A DNA stretch of 64,000 bases from Chloroflexota bacterium (GCA_025355955.1 JANXYP010000200.1:16125-80124); one strand, 5' to 3'; counted from the first letter of the stretch, positions 1 through 9,137 are shown. Notes: a model not told the origin generated them from the letters alone. A program made the numbers and translations.

Positions 1-75
1 CAGCCCCAGCCGCAGGCGGTCAATAATCGCAAAGTTAGTGATGTTCAGTTCAGCTAGCAACTTGGGCTTCTCCAT
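1..75 (-). CDS. 5'-end fragment (N-terminus) of a RecN/SMC-type ATPase gene that runs off the window start
   Basis: Reverse translation of 75..1 gives MEKPKLLAELNITNFAIIDRLRLGL, resembling the conserved N-terminal strand of RecN/SbcC-like ATPases (L..L.I.NFAiId). ATG at 75..73. Confidence 0.4.
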   Translation of the reverse strand, partial: MEKPKLLAELNITNFAIIDRLRLGL

Positions 76-248
76 CAGTCTCTAGTTCATGCAGGCATAG
101 TCGGCATACGCGGCTTATTTTCCGCGCACCTTACTATACCATAATCAGGCTGATTCTGCAATTTGTGGGTGTGCGTGGAAGAGCCATGACACGGGTTAGA
201 AGTGGGTGAGAATTGGCGGCTGGGTGCGCGCCGCGTTTTTTTTTTTTC

Positions 249-431
249 ATACCCAACCAGGGCGAACAACGGTTCGGCCCTACGCTTACCCAACCAGGGC
301 GAACAACGGTTCGGCCCTACGCTTACCCAACCAGGGCGAACAACGGTTCGGCCCCTACGCTTACCCAACCAGGGCGAACAACGGTTCGCCCCTACCGACC
401 GCTTGCTCCGCAAGAACGTGATGCATACCAT
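249..431. repeat. Tandem array of 4 copies of the family-1 REP-like core (ccaGGGCGAACAACGGTTCG(G)CCCctac, unit ~39 bp) followed by the conserved tail cgcttgctccgcaagaacgtgatgcat. Preceded by a T13 run at 235..247.
   Basis: Direct reading. Four near-identical units with no unique spacers. The same core plus tail recurs at 3755..3835 and 14525..14610. Confidence 0.85.
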
Positions 432-708
432 CGGGCGCTCAACTGGATGACATCGCCAAACAGGTATGCTATACTAGGCATGAACAGGCTTCTTTCGGTG
501 AGGTTGGTTAATAAGCAGATTATGCCAGTTAATTACGAGTGGCTAAAAAGGTAGATGCAGAGGCATTGGTGTCCCAGGTTGTTCGCCATGTTCCCCTACC
601 GTTCGCCTCTCTTGCTTTAACCACTCCCCTTCACTTTTAACTTGAGCGTGCCTTTCATTAGCGCCCCTGTTGGTGCGTTCAGCCACTTGAACTTAGGAGG
701 TCTAATCT

Positions 709-2370
709 GTGACCGAAGACTACCCCCGCACCCCGCTGGGACAACTCGCTGCCCGTTACTTCCAGCGGTCGTTCGAGCAATACCCGCTGTTCGCCACCAG
801 CCTCGGTATCCACGATTATGACGATCAGCTGGGCGACTACACGGCAACCGCGCTTTATGCCTACGCCGCGCAGGTGAAGGTGATGCAGGCGGAGCTGGCA
901 CAGATTGACCCCGCCGTGCTATCGACCACCGAGCGAAGCGATTATCAACTGCTGGCCGCCAATATGGAAGATGCGCGGCTGGACATCGAGCAGATCAAGG
1001 ATTGGCAGCGTGCGCCACAGATGTATGCCGATATTGCGGTCTATGCCATCTTCCTGTTGGTAAGCCGAGATTTCGCACCGCTGGCGCTGCGACTACGCAG
1101 CGTGCTATCGCGGCTGCAGCAGGTGCCGGAGCTACTCGCCCTGGGCAAGCAACAAGTGCAGAACCCGCCCGCCATCTTCACCGAAATTGCGATTGAGGGG
1201 GGAAGCGGCGCGGTTGGCTTCTTTCTTATGGTGCCAACATTGGCGGACCAACTTGGTGCGGCGAACGACGAGCTAAAGACCGACCTAGTCGCTGCCGCAG
1301 AGCAGGCAGCGGCAGCCATGGAAGATTATGTCGCCTGGCTGAAGCACGACCTCAGCCCCCGCTCTAATGGCGACTTCGCCCTGCGTGAGCTTTATCCGCG
1401 CAAGCTCCAGCTGCAGCACATGATTGACCAGACTCCCGAACAGATTGCCGCCTGGGGCCACGAATTGTTCACCAACACCCTGGCAGAGATGCGCGATCTG
1501 GCGGCGGAGATTGACCCGCACAAAACCTGGCACCAGATAATCGCTGAAACCCGCAGCGACCACCCTACCGCTGACGGCCTGTTGCTAGCATATCGCGGCG
1601 AAACTGACCGGCTAGTAACCTTCCTCCAGCGCCAGAATCTTGTCACCATCCCGCCTGGCGAGCTTGAGATCGTGGAGACCCCCGCCTTTCAGCGCGCCAC
1701 CTACCCCTACGCCGGTTACGCCCAGCCGGGCGCGTTCGATGCGATGCAAACCGGTCAGTTCTGGGTTACGCCAGTGGATCTGCACGGCAGCGCGGAGCAG
1801 CAGGAGCAGCAGCTAGAAGAACACGCATGGGTCTGGATCCCTGTGATTGCCTTGCATGAGGGCTACCCCGGCCACCACCTGCAACTGTTGCGCGCCAACC
1901 AAACTAGCACCTATATCCGCAAGCACCTCGGCTTTAGTAGCCTAATGGTCGAGGGCTGGGCGCTCTACTGTGAACAGATGATGGGTGAAGTTGGCTACTA
2001 CACTGACCGACGGGTGAAATTGAGCCAACTGCGCGGCCAACTGTGGCGGGCGGCGCGGGTGATGATTGATGTGGGCCTGCAGATGGGAACGATGAGCGTA
2101 GACGAGGCCATCACCCTGCTCTCCGACCAGGTGAGGTTCTCCCCCGCCTCGGCACGTGGCGAGGTGCGCCGCTATACCATGACCCCCGGCCAGCCGATGA
2201 GCTATTTGCTAGGCAAGGATGCTATCCTTCGCCTGCGCGACGAGGCGCAGAAGCGTTGGGGCCACGCCTTTAGCCTGCAACGCTTCCACGACCGGCTGCT
2301 CGACAGCGGCAGTATTCCGATGATGTTGGTGCGTGAGGAGTTTTGGGCAAATGACGGCAACATTATATAA
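709..2370 (+). CDS. DUF885 family protein (HEGYPGHH zinc-binding-like motif)
   Basis: 553-aa ORF with GTG start at 709 preceded by AGGAGG (695..700). HEGYPGHHLQL motif is the DUF885 signature. Confidence 0.7.
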   Translation: MTEDYPRTPLGQLAARYFQRSFEQYPLFATSLGIHDYDDQLGDYTATALYAYAAQVKVMQAELAQIDPAVLSTTERSDYQLLAANMEDARLDIEQIKDWQRAPQMYADIAVYAIFLLVSRDFAPLALRLRSVLSRLQQVPELLALGKQQVQNPPAIFTEIAIEGGSGAVGFFLMVPTLADQLGAANDELKTDLVAAAEQAAAAMEDYVAWLKHDLSPRSNGDFALRELYPRKLQLQHMIDQTPEQIAAWGHELFTNTLAEMRDLAAEIDPHKTWHQIIAETRSDHPTADGLLLAYRGETDRLVTFLQRQNLVTIPPGELEIVETPAFQRATYPYAGYAQPGAFDAMQTGQFWVTPVDLHGSAEQQEQQLEEHAWVWIPVIALHEGYPGHHLQLLRANQTSTYIRKHLGFSSLMVEGWALYCEQMMGEVGYYTDRRVKLSQLRGQLWRAARVMIDVGLQMGTMSVDEAITLLSDQVRFSPASARGEVRRYTMTPGQPMSYLLGKDAILRLRDEAQKRWGHAFSLQRFHDRLLDSGSIPMMLVREEFWANDGNII

Positions 2371-2380
2371 TTAGGAGTTA

Positions 2381-2473
2381 CACCAATTAGCCGAGCAGAT
2401 AGTATAAATTGGGCCAGGGCGAACAACGGTTCGCCCCTACAGAAATTATAGCGGCACCACGGCTAATTGGTAT
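2381..2473. mobile_element. MITE-like element family 1: terminal inverted repeats caccaattagccg / cggctaattggtat flanking a REP-like hairpin core. A second TIR-less core copy at 2485..2545 abuts the murG stop.
   Basis: Near-identical copies at 8121..8214 (inverted), 58463..58556 and 60778..60962. Too small to encode a transposase. Confidence 0.7.
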
Positions 2474-2537
2474 TACACCAATGGATTGAGCAAGGGCGAA
2501 CAACGGTTCGCCCCTACAAATTATAGCATCGCCTCGG

Positions 2538-3686
2538 CTAAAACTTTAATTTCGCCTGGTGGGCCAGTTCGCGGAGCAACGTGACAATCGTCTCTGCGGC
2601 ATGGGGCTGGGCCAGGGCTTGAGCAGCCTGGCCCATGGTGATGAGACGGGCGGGGTCGGCCAGCAATTCGCCTACCTTTGCGCTCAGGCGATCGGCGTTC
2701 AACGCTGCTTCAGGGATGATGACCGCACCGCCCGCTGCTTTCATCAATTCGGCGTTACGCAACTGTTCGCCTTCGGCGCTGCTTGCCAGCGGCACCAGGA
2801 TCGCGGGTTTGCCCAGGGCGGCCAGTTCGTTGAGCGTTCCCGCCCCGCTGCGACCAATCACCAGGCGGGCTGCGGCATAGATGTCGGCAATCTCGCCGCG
2901 CACAAAGGGCAGCACTGCGTATCGTGCCTGCAAGTTGGGGGGCAACGCCGCCCGTCGCGCCTGCAAATCGCGCAAGTCCGCCCTGCTGCCGTCCGGCCCG
3001 TTGCCACACTGATGTACGATCGTCGCCTGCGCTAGCAACTGCGGCAGCGCAGCGCTCACTGCCTGGTTCAGAATATGCGAACCTTGCGCCCCGCCGGTGA
3101 TGTATACCAGCGCCACACTTTCATCCAACCCGAAGCGGCGGTAACCCTGCTCTGCCGCGCCACCGAACACCACCTGACGCACCGGATTGCCGCTCAATAC
3201 AACCCGCCGCGCCTTTGCGAAATATGGGCGCGAACTCTCGTAGCTGATCGCCACCACGTTGGCGAAGCGGGCAGCGATGCGGTTCGCCAACCCTACCAGC
3301 GCGGTCTGCTCATGCACCAACGATGGCACGTGGCGCAGCCAGCCTGCCAGCACCGTCGGCACGCTGACGAATCCGCCGGTGCTGAAGATCACGTCGGGTT
3401 TGAAGCGGCCCACCTGCCTTGTTGCCATCACCACCCCCACCGGGATGCGGGCCAGGTCTGGTGGGGTCTTCCACGACAGGTAGCGACGCAACTTGCCCAC
3501 TGGCACGCTAACATAGGGGATGCCCATCGCGCTGATCATTTCGCGCTCCGCGCCCGCCTTCGAGCCGATATACAGCAGCGTCAGCGGCCAACCTTGCGCC
3601 CCGCTCTGCGCCCGCAACTCCTCGATCACTGCCACCGCCGGGCTGACGTGGCCGCCCGTCCCGCCACCTGTAACAATAACCCGCAT
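2538..3686 (-). CDS. murG: Undecaprenyldiphospho-muramoylpentapeptide beta-N-acetylglucosaminyltransferase MurG
   Basis: 382 aa. N-terminal MRVIVTGGGTGGHVSPAVAV (G-loop GGTGGH typical of MurG) and a C-terminal GT28 domain. Confidence 0.85.
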   Translation of the reverse strand: MRVIVTGGGTGGHVSPAVAVIEELRAQSGAQGWPLTLLYIGSKAGAEREMISAMGIPYVSVPVGKLRRYLSWKTPPDLARIPVGVVMATRQVGRFKPDVIFSTGGFVSVPTVLAGWLRHVPSLVHEQTALVGLANRIAARFANVVAISYESSRPYFAKARRVVLSGNPVRQVVFGGAAEQGYRRFGLDESVALVYITGGAQGSHILNQAVSAALPQLLAQATIVHQCGNGPDGSRADLRDLQARRAALPPNLQARYAVLPFVRGEIADIYAAARLVIGRSGAGTLNELAALGKPAILVPLASSAEGEQLRNAELMKAAGGAVIIPEAALNADRLSAKVGELLADPARLITMGQAAQALAQPHAAETIVTLLRELAHQAKLKF

Positions 3687-3754
3687 AGATAATCCTTTGT
3701 TTCAGCCGCCAACTTGCAGCAGGTAGAGAGTTTTTTACGAGAATGCGTCACGTT

Positions 3755-3872
3755 CTTGAGTTCATGACCAGGGCAAACCGTTGTTCGCCCCTACTGAACG
3801 CTTACTCCGCAAGAACGTGACGCGCACTCGGTTTTTACAAATCAAAACTCAAAACTCAAAACTCAAAACTCA
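3755..3872. repeat. Family-1 REP-like core with inverted loop plus conserved tail (3755..3835), followed by the heptamer tandem repeat (tcaaaac)x4 at 3842..3869
   Basis: Direct reading. ccagggcaaaccgttgttcgcccctac tgaacgcttactccgcaagaacgtga, then acaaatcaaaactcaaaactcaaaactcaaaactca. Confidence 0.8.
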
Positions 3873-4571
3873 TCACTGGTACCGCTGCCGCGTCTTGAGC
3901 ATCTCGATGTAGCCGCCCGCCAGCTTGCCGAGCGGGTCGTGGTGGGTCCAGTGCATCTCGCCACCTTGCTCGTTCCAGATGTAGCGGCCACGTACCTCCA
4001 CCTCGTCGCCCACCCGCAGCGACACCCGTGGTGCATCGTCAATGTTGTGGACCACCAGGATTGATTGGCCGTCGGGCAGGGCGATGACGAAGCGTTGGTG
4101 GCGGTTGCCAATTGTATCGGTAGACAGCCGCTTGGTGACGCGGCCCTGAACCGTCAGCATCACGTTATTGTACTTATGTTCAAAGGCGCTCTCCGCGGTA
4201 AGCGCAAAGTTTGCCATATCTGCCACCTTGAACGGCATAGTGCGCTGGCGTATCTCCAGTTCTTCCTTGAGCGGTGAAGGAGGTGGGGAGTCAACGGGCA
4301 GCGTACCTGGCGCGAGGTGCTTGGCTGAAGCGGCTTCGAGCGCTGGCCCGAACACTTCATCGGCGTGCTGGCGCTGTTGCTGGCGGCGTTCGCGGCGGTT
4401 CAGCCCTGGCTTAGGCACGCTGTGCTGCTGATGCGCGGTTAGCGATGCTTGCGCCTTTGCCGCCCGACCTTTGTTCGGCGCTGATGGAGACCGCTGCCGA
4501 TGCGCCCGTCGTCGCAAAATGGCGGCGATTAGCTGAAGCAGCCTGGCGAACACCCTGATCATGCTGCCCAT
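3873..4571 (-). CDS. Hypothetical protein: N-terminal hydrophobic segment, Arg/Gln-rich low-complexity region, conserved ~130-aa C-terminal domain (…HQRFVIALPDGQSILVVHNIDDAPRVSLRVGDEVEVRGRY…)
   Basis: The ORF track extends to 4775 but that overlaps the convergent gene at 4646. Internal ATG at 4571 (MGSMIRVFARLLQLIAAIL) is the likely start. Function not recognisable. Confidence 0.45.
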   Translation of the reverse strand: MGSMIRVFARLLQLIAAILRRRAHRQRSPSAPNKGRAAKAQASLTAHQQHSVPKPGLNRRERRQQQRQHADEVFGPALEAASAKHLAPGTLPVDSPPPSPLKEELEIRQRTMPFKVADMANFALTAESAFEHKYNNVMLTVQGRVTKRLSTDTIGNRHQRFVIALPDGQSILVVHNIDDAPRVSLRVGDEVEVRGRYIWNEQGGEMHWTHHDPLGKLAGGYIEMLKTRQRYQ

Positions 4572-4645
4572 TAACCCTCCGAGTAGATGCCCTCCCCCAT
4601 TTCGGGGCAGGGTTGGGGTGGGGTAGTGTATAAAATGGCGCACGA

Positions 4646-5371
4646 ATGCCGTGCGCGGAAACCAGACCACTGATGAGCGATGCACACCTCGACCCAACTC
4701 TTTTGATCGAGATATACTCCCGGCTAGTCGCCAGCTATGGCCTGCAAGAATGGTGGCCGAGCCAGACTGGTACACCGTTCGAGGTTATCGTCGGCGCGAT
4801 CCTGACCCAGGGTACTAGTTGGCGCAGTGTGGAGCGCAGCATCACCAACATCATCGCCGCCGATGCCATGTCGCCCACCGCCATCCAGCAAATGCCTCGT
4901 GCAGATCTGATTGATCTAATTCGCCCGTCAGGGTATTATAACGCGAAAGCGGCCAAGCTACAAGCCTTCACCACCTTTTTGTTCGCGCAGCACGGCGGCG
5001 ATCTTGCCAGCCTGTTTGCCCTGCCCGTGACGGAGATGCGCCACCAACTGCTGGGCGTGTGGGGCATTGGCCCCGAAACCGCCGACGACATCATCCTCTA
5101 CGCCGCCTGCCAGCCCATCTTCGTGGTCGACTCCTACACCCAACGCATCCTCACCCGCCTGGGTATCGTCGCCCCCGCCATCACCCACCACGCGCTGCAA
5201 GAACGCTTCGCCAGCCTGCCAGCCGATGTGCCGCTGTTCAGCGAATACCACGCTCTGCTCGACGAACACGGCTCGCGCACCTGCCGCCCTACCCCTCGCT
5301 GCGCCGCCTGCCCCTTGCTCGATCTGCCCTGCCAGTATGGGCAGCAGCGGATGCTGAGTGCTGAGTGCTGA
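4646..5371 (+). CDS. Endonuclease III-like HhH-GPD DNA glycosylase with C-terminal 4Fe-4S cluster loop (C-x6-C-x2-C-x5-C)
   Basis: 241 aa with HhH-GPD core and a C-terminal Cys cluster RTCRPTPRCAACPLLDLPC. Alternative start at ATG 4673 (MSDAHL). Stop codon lies inside a (gctgagt)4 repeat. Confidence 0.7.
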   Translation: MPCAETRPLMSDAHLDPTLLIEIYSRLVASYGLQEWWPSQTGTPFEVIVGAILTQGTSWRSVERSITNIIAADAMSPTAIQQMPRADLIDLIRPSGYYNAKAAKLQAFTTFLFAQHGGDLASLFALPVTEMRHQLLGVWGIGPETADDIILYAACQPIFVVDSYTQRILTRLGIVAPAITHHALQERFASLPADVPLFSEYHALLDEHGSRTCRPTPRCAACPLLDLPCQYGQQRMLSAEC

Positions 5372-5380
5372 GTGCTGAGT
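5353..5380. repeat. Heptanucleotide tandem repeat (gctgagt)x4 spanning the stop codon of the HhH-GPD gene
   Basis: atgctgagtgctgagtgctgagtgctgagtgcc. TGA at 5369..5371 lies inside repeat unit 3. Confidence 0.9.
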
Positions 5381-5386
5381 GCCTCG

Positions 5387-5518
5387 TAAACAAAGTTTTG
5401 ACGAGGGGTGTAGTTTCCCCTCCCGCCGGGAGGGGTTGGGGTGGGTGCGTGCAGCGCGATGTAGACCCACCCCCTGCCCCTCCCAGCGGGAGGGGAGAAC
5501 CTCAAAACTTAGTTTACA
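5387..5518. mobile_element. MITE-like element family 2: ends taaacaaagttttgacgagg … cctcaaaacttagtttac enclosing a long GC hairpin (gggaggggttggggtgggtgcgtgcagcgcga … gacccaccccctgcccctcccagcgggagggg)
   Basis: Second full copy with an internal duplication at 46778..46990. Fragments at 4591..4628 and 24770..24805. Confidence 0.6.
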
Positions 5519-5613
5519 AAGCACTGAGTACGACACAAACTTAATTCAATGAGAACCTACGTAGGGGCGCAGATTTATCGCGCCTCGGTGAAGCGCATTA
5601 CTGCACCCCAAAC

Positions 5614-5643
5614 TTGCACCCCACCCAGGTCAGCGGTTATAAT
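5614..5643 (+). promoter_or_regulatory. Candidate sigma70-type promoter (TTGCAC, 18 nt, TATAAT) upstream of the radical SAM / toxin-antitoxin operon
   Basis: ttgcac at 5614..5619 and tataat at 5638..5643. By sequence inspection only. Confidence 0.3.
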
Positions 5644-5712
5644 TGTATATCTGATATTGTGCCTGTATAAAAATCCCCTTCCCCATATAGGGGGAGGCTA
5701 GGTGGGGGTATT

Positions 5713-7500
5713 TTGCCAAAGCCTAATCGCAACGAACGCTACGAACGCCTGGCCGCCGAGCAGGGCGGGGTGATCAAGGACTGGGGGGGCAAGATCAGCG
5801 TCGCGCTGGTGTTCCCCAATACCTACTATGTCGCCATGTCCAGCCTGGGCTACCAGGCGGTGTACAGCCTGATGAACGCAGAGCCGGATGTGGTCTGCGA
5901 GCGCGTCTTCCTGCCCGACATTGCCGAGCAGCAGCCCGACGCGCCATTTCCCAAGCCGGTCTCGCTGGAGTCAGGCCGCCCGCTCACCGATTTCGATGTG
6001 GTCGCGGTCAGCGTCAGCTTCGAGCTTGATTACTTCAACATCGTGCGGATGCTCAACGCCGCTAGCATCCCCCTGTTTAGCGACGAGCGTGACGACCGCC
6101 ATCCCTTCCTGATGGTGGGTGGCGCGTGCGCGATTGACAACGCCGAACCGATTGCCCCCTTCTTCGATCTGGTGGTGGTCGGTGAGGCCGAGGCGCTGTG
6201 GCCTGCGATGATTGATACGATGCGGCAGGCCATTCGTGGTGATCGCGAGGCGCTGCGCCAGGCTATGGCTCTCTATCCCGGCCTCTATATACCCGCCTTC
6301 TACGATACCTGGTTTGAGGCCAATGGCCGCTACGGTGGTATCCGCGCCAACTCGCGCCACCCCCGTCCCGACATAGCGTTGCCGATCTCGCGGCAGGGCG
6401 CACGCAACCTCAACGAGTTTGCCACCGTGAGCAAGGTGTTGACCCGCAACACCGAGTTTGGCGATGCCTATCTGATGGAAGTGGCACGCGGCTGTGCCAG
6501 GGGCTGCCGCTTCTGCCTGGCCGGTTTCGCCTTCCTGCCCCAGCGCGACCGTCACGTGCCGTTTCTGCTGGAGCAGGCCAAAGAGGGGCTGAAGTACCGC
6601 GACAAGGTGGGGCTAGTCGGCGCGTCGGTGTCGGATTACCGCTACATCGACGAACTGGTGGTTGGCCTTCGTAAGCTGGGCGCACGCATCAGTATCTCCT
6701 CGATGCGGGCCGATAGCATGACCCCCACGCTAGTGCAAGCGCTGATCGATAGTGGCGCACGCACGCTCACCTTCGCGCCGGAGGCGGCCAGCGAACGCTT
6801 GCGCCGCGTGATCAACAAGCGCCTCAGCTACGATGAGGTGATGGGCGCAACCGACCTGCTGGGCAAGGCGGGCGCACGCAGTATCAAGATGTACTATATG
6901 ATCGGGCTGCCCACGGAGGAACAGTCCGATGTGGAGCAAATCGTCAGCCTCAGCATGGCGGTGAAGAAGCGCATGGACGGACATCATCCGGGCGGCGAGA
7001 TTCAGGTCAGCGTCACTCCATTCGTGCCAAAGAGCCATACCCCCTTCCAGTGGGGCGGGATGTTCCCGCTCGATGTGCTGGAGAACGATGTAAACTATTT
7101 GAAGAAGGAACTGCGCCGCCAGGGTGTCACCTTCAAGATCGAGTCGCCCAAGTGGGTGCGGGTGCAAGGCACTCTGGCGCGGGGCGATCGCAGATTGGCG
7201 AAGGTGCTAGCCTACATGACCGAGGCGGGCAACGTCAGCATGGTAAACTGGCAGCGGGCGCTGGAGCATCACGGCCTCGATCAAGCCTGGTACCTCGATG
7301 CCTACGACGAGGGCGCACCGCTGCCCTGGGGTCATATCGAATCGGGGGTCAGCTTCAGCGCGATGCTGAGGCAATGGAACAAGGCCCACGTCGAAGCCGA
7401 AGACTACACCACCGCCATCCAGTACAAGCCCCGTGCCGAGATTCGCCTTGAACACGCGGTGCGCGAACACGCGAGGTTGGTGGAAGCATCGGCAAGCTGA
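5713..7500 (+). CDS. Radical SAM protein, TIGR03960-like (N-terminal B12-binding-like domain, CxxxCxxC = CARGCRFC)
   Basis: 595 aa. Radical SAM cysteine triad in ARGCARGCRFCLAGF. N-terminus ERYERLAAEQGGVIKDW resembles TIGR03960 proteins. TTG start at 5713. Confidence 0.7.
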   Translation: MPKPNRNERYERLAAEQGGVIKDWGGKISVALVFPNTYYVAMSSLGYQAVYSLMNAEPDVVCERVFLPDIAEQQPDAPFPKPVSLESGRPLTDFDVVAVSVSFELDYFNIVRMLNAASIPLFSDERDDRHPFLMVGGACAIDNAEPIAPFFDLVVVGEAEALWPAMIDTMRQAIRGDREALRQAMALYPGLYIPAFYDTWFEANGRYGGIRANSRHPRPDIALPISRQGARNLNEFATVSKVLTRNTEFGDAYLMEVARGCARGCRFCLAGFAFLPQRDRHVPFLLEQAKEGLKYRDKVGLVGASVSDYRYIDELVVGLRKLGARISISSMRADSMTPTLVQALIDSGARTLTFAPEAASERLRRVINKRLSYDEVMGATDLLGKAGARSIKMYYMIGLPTEEQSDVEQIVSLSMAVKKRMDGHHPGGEIQVSVTPFVPKSHTPFQWGGMFPLDVLENDVNYLKKELRRQGVTFKIESPKWVRVQGTLARGDRRLAKVLAYMTEAGNVSMVNWQRALEHHGLDQAWYLDAYDEGAPLPWGHIESGVSFSAMLRQWNKAHVEAEDYTTAIQYKPRAEIRLEHAVREHARLVEASAS

Positions 7501-7515
7501 TATAATGGAGCTAAG

Positions 7516-7830
7516 ATGACCCTTGACCAGAAGCTAGCGCGAATCAGGCAGCAGGCTGCCTCCGGTAATATTGTTCCCACTTTCCACATTCAAGACAGAA
7601 TGAAGAAGCGTGGCATCACTAATAGTGACATTGCTGAGGCTATTGCTAGTGGCGAGATTCTGGAAGACTACCCAAGTGATCCACGAGGAGCATCCTGCCT
7701 GATTAACGGCGTTACGCAAGTGGGTCGTCCGCTACACGTGGTATGCACTACCGATCTTGCTGACCTAACAATTATCTCTGCTTACGAACCATTGCCGCCA
7801 AAGTGGATTACACCTAGAACAAGGAGATAG
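7516..7830 (+). CDS. DUF4258 domain protein (predicted toxin of a type II toxin-antitoxin-like pair)
   Basis: 104 aa. 15 nt after the radical SAM stop, GGAG Shine-Dalgarno, and 2 nt before the next gene. DUF4258-like sequence (…FHIQDRMKKRGITNSDIAEAI…). Confidence 0.6.
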   Translation: MTLDQKLARIRQQAASGNIVPTFHIQDRMKKRGITNSDIAEAIASGEILEDYPSDPRGASCLINGVTQVGRPLHVVCTTDLADLTIISAYEPLPPKWITPRTRR

Positions 7831-7832
7831 TT

Positions 7833-8117
7833 ATGAAGTGCAACATTCCGGGTTGCCCAGGTGAATACGAAGACGATCTGATTGTCGATGCTGTCGAGCA
7901 TGAAGGACGAATCATCGTCTTCAAGGATGTCCCAGCCAAAGTATGCGACACCTGCGGGTATGTACTGATCAGCTGGGAGGTGGAAGGGCAATTGGTTCAC
8001 TTGCTAGAGTCGAACCCCATGCCAGTCGCTACGGCTCCTGTTTATCAGTTCGTGCCGCAGCAACTCTATGAGCTTGTAGGCGCTGGCCGCACAGGCAACG
8101 GTCGAACTGCGAAGTAA
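7833..8117 (+). CDS. YgiT-type (MqsA-like) zinc-finger protein, predicted antitoxin partner
   Basis: 94 aa. CPGC…CDTCG zinc ribbon (MKCNIPGCPG…KVCDTCGY). AGGAGA Shine-Dalgarno. Translationally coupled to the DUF4258 gene. Confidence 0.6.
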   Translation: MKCNIPGCPGEYEDDLIVDAVEHEGRIIVFKDVPAKVCDTCGYVLISWEVEGQLVHLLESNPMPVATAPVYQFVPQQLYELVGAGRTGNGRTAK

Positions 8118-8120
8118 TAC

Positions 8121-8214
8121 TAATACCAATTAGCCGTGGTGCCGCTATAATTTCTGTAGGGGCGAACCGTTGTTCGCCCTGGCCCAATTTATACTATCTG
8201 CTCGGCTAATTGGT
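8121..8214. mobile_element. MITE-like element family 1 (inverted orientation)
   Basis: ataccaattagccgtggtgccgctataatttctgtaggggcgaaccgttgttcgccctggcccaatttatactatctgctcggctaattggtat. Confidence 0.75.
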
Positions 8215-8235
8215 ATAAGAACAGAGTTTAGGTTG

Positions 8236-9114
8236 ATGCTCAGGCCATCTATGCCTCTACCACCGATCCTCTCCCACTATCAGGCTAGCCCCATCCTTGA
8301 AGCGCGACGCAAGGGGCAATCAACCGTGACCACCTCGCTGGATCTGGGCCGCAGTAGCGTGGAAGTGTCACTCACTGCCAGCGGCCTGCTGCTCCCTGAT
8401 GGGCAGGAACTCGGCTGGGCGGCGCTGGAGAAGGTAAATGGCGACGAGAACAAGTGCTTCACCGTCGAGGGCGGCGCAATCCAGCCGATCATCGTTCACT
8501 CGCCAACCACCAACTGGGTACGCACCCTATACCCCACCGCTGCTGCGCCAACTACCCTGGTCGCAGGCTTCCTCATGCACCGCATCAAGGATATTGACCC
8601 GTTGCAAGATACCCGCCGCAAAATCGCCACGATTGCGCCGATTACTGGCGCAGTGTTGGACACCGCTACCGGCCTCGGCTACACTGCGATCGAGGCGGCC
8701 CGCACCGCTACCCATGTTACCACCATCGAGCTAGATGCGGGCGCATTGGAGATTGCCCTGCTCAATCCCTGGTCGCAGCCGTTGTTCGACAATCCAAAGA
8801 TTACGCAAATAATTGGCGATGCCACTGAGGAGATCGCGAAGTTCGCCGACGGCCGGTTCAATCGCATCCTGCATGACCCGCCCACCTTCAGTCTGGGCGG
8901 CGAGCTATACTCCGCTGCCTTCTACGCCCAGCTATATCGGGTGCTGGGGCAGGGCGGACGGCTCTTCCACTACATCGGCGACCTCAGCAGCAGCTACGGC
9001 AGCCGCACGGTCAAGGGCGTGGTCCGCCGCTTGTTGGATGCAGGTTTCAGTCGGGTGGTGAAGAAGGATGAGGCGTTTGGGTTGGTGGCTACGAAGTTAA
9101 AAGTTGAAGGTTGA
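8236..9114 (+). CDS. Class I SAM-dependent methyltransferase with DPPF (motif IV) amino-methyltransferase signature (RsmD / N6-adenine-methyltransferase-like)
   Basis: The ORF track starts at 8170 inside the MITE. First ATG after the element is 8236. ILHDPPTFSLGG motif. The C-terminal residues and stop are encoded by a heptamer repeat. Confidence 0.55.
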   Translation: MLRPSMPLPPILSHYQASPILEARRKGQSTVTTSLDLGRSSVEVSLTASGLLLPDGQELGWAALEKVNGDENKCFTVEGGAIQPIIVHSPTTNWVRTLYPTAAAPTTLVAGFLMHRIKDIDPLQDTRRKIATIAPITGAVLDTATGLGYTAIEAARTATHVTTIELDAGALEIALLNPWSQPLFDNPKITQIIGDATEEIAKFADGRFNRILHDPPTFSLGGELYSAAFYAQLYRVLGQGGRLFHYIGDLSSSYGSRTVKGVVRRLLDAGFSRVVKKDEAFGLVATKLKVEG

Positions 9115-9137
9115 AGGTTAAAAGTTGAGGGTTGAGG
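9096..9137. repeat. Heptanucleotide tandem repeat ((a/g)gtt(a/g)a(a/g))x6 spanning the stops of two convergent genes
   Basis: agttaaaagttgaaggttgaaggttaaaagttgagggttgag. Confidence 0.85.

Noticed and set aside
235-247. T13 run at 235..247 as an intrinsic terminator
   Set aside because: The upstream GC-rich segment does not form a convincing stem, and no plus-strand gene ends nearby. It is more likely part of the repeat-array flank.
249-431. Possible CRISPR array (regularly spaced 39-bp repeats)
   Set aside because: Units are directly adjacent with no unique spacers, the repeat is the family-1 REP-like core found all over the window, and there are no cas genes. It is a tandem amplification of a REP-like element.
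87-554. ORF-track entries 87..431(-), 202..450(+), 206..421(+), 213..554(+)
   Set aside because: All are translations of the tandem repeat array (recurring peptides QGEQRFGP / GRTTVRP). No ribosome-binding sites and mutually overlapping frames.
2202-2426. Small ORFs starting MFALAQFILSARLIG… (2202..2426, 58293..58508, 60613..60870, N-terminus of 8170..9114)
   Set aside because: The shared N-terminal peptide is encoded by the family-1 MITE itself, so these are repeat read-throughs. The real methyltransferase start is the first ATG after the element (8236).
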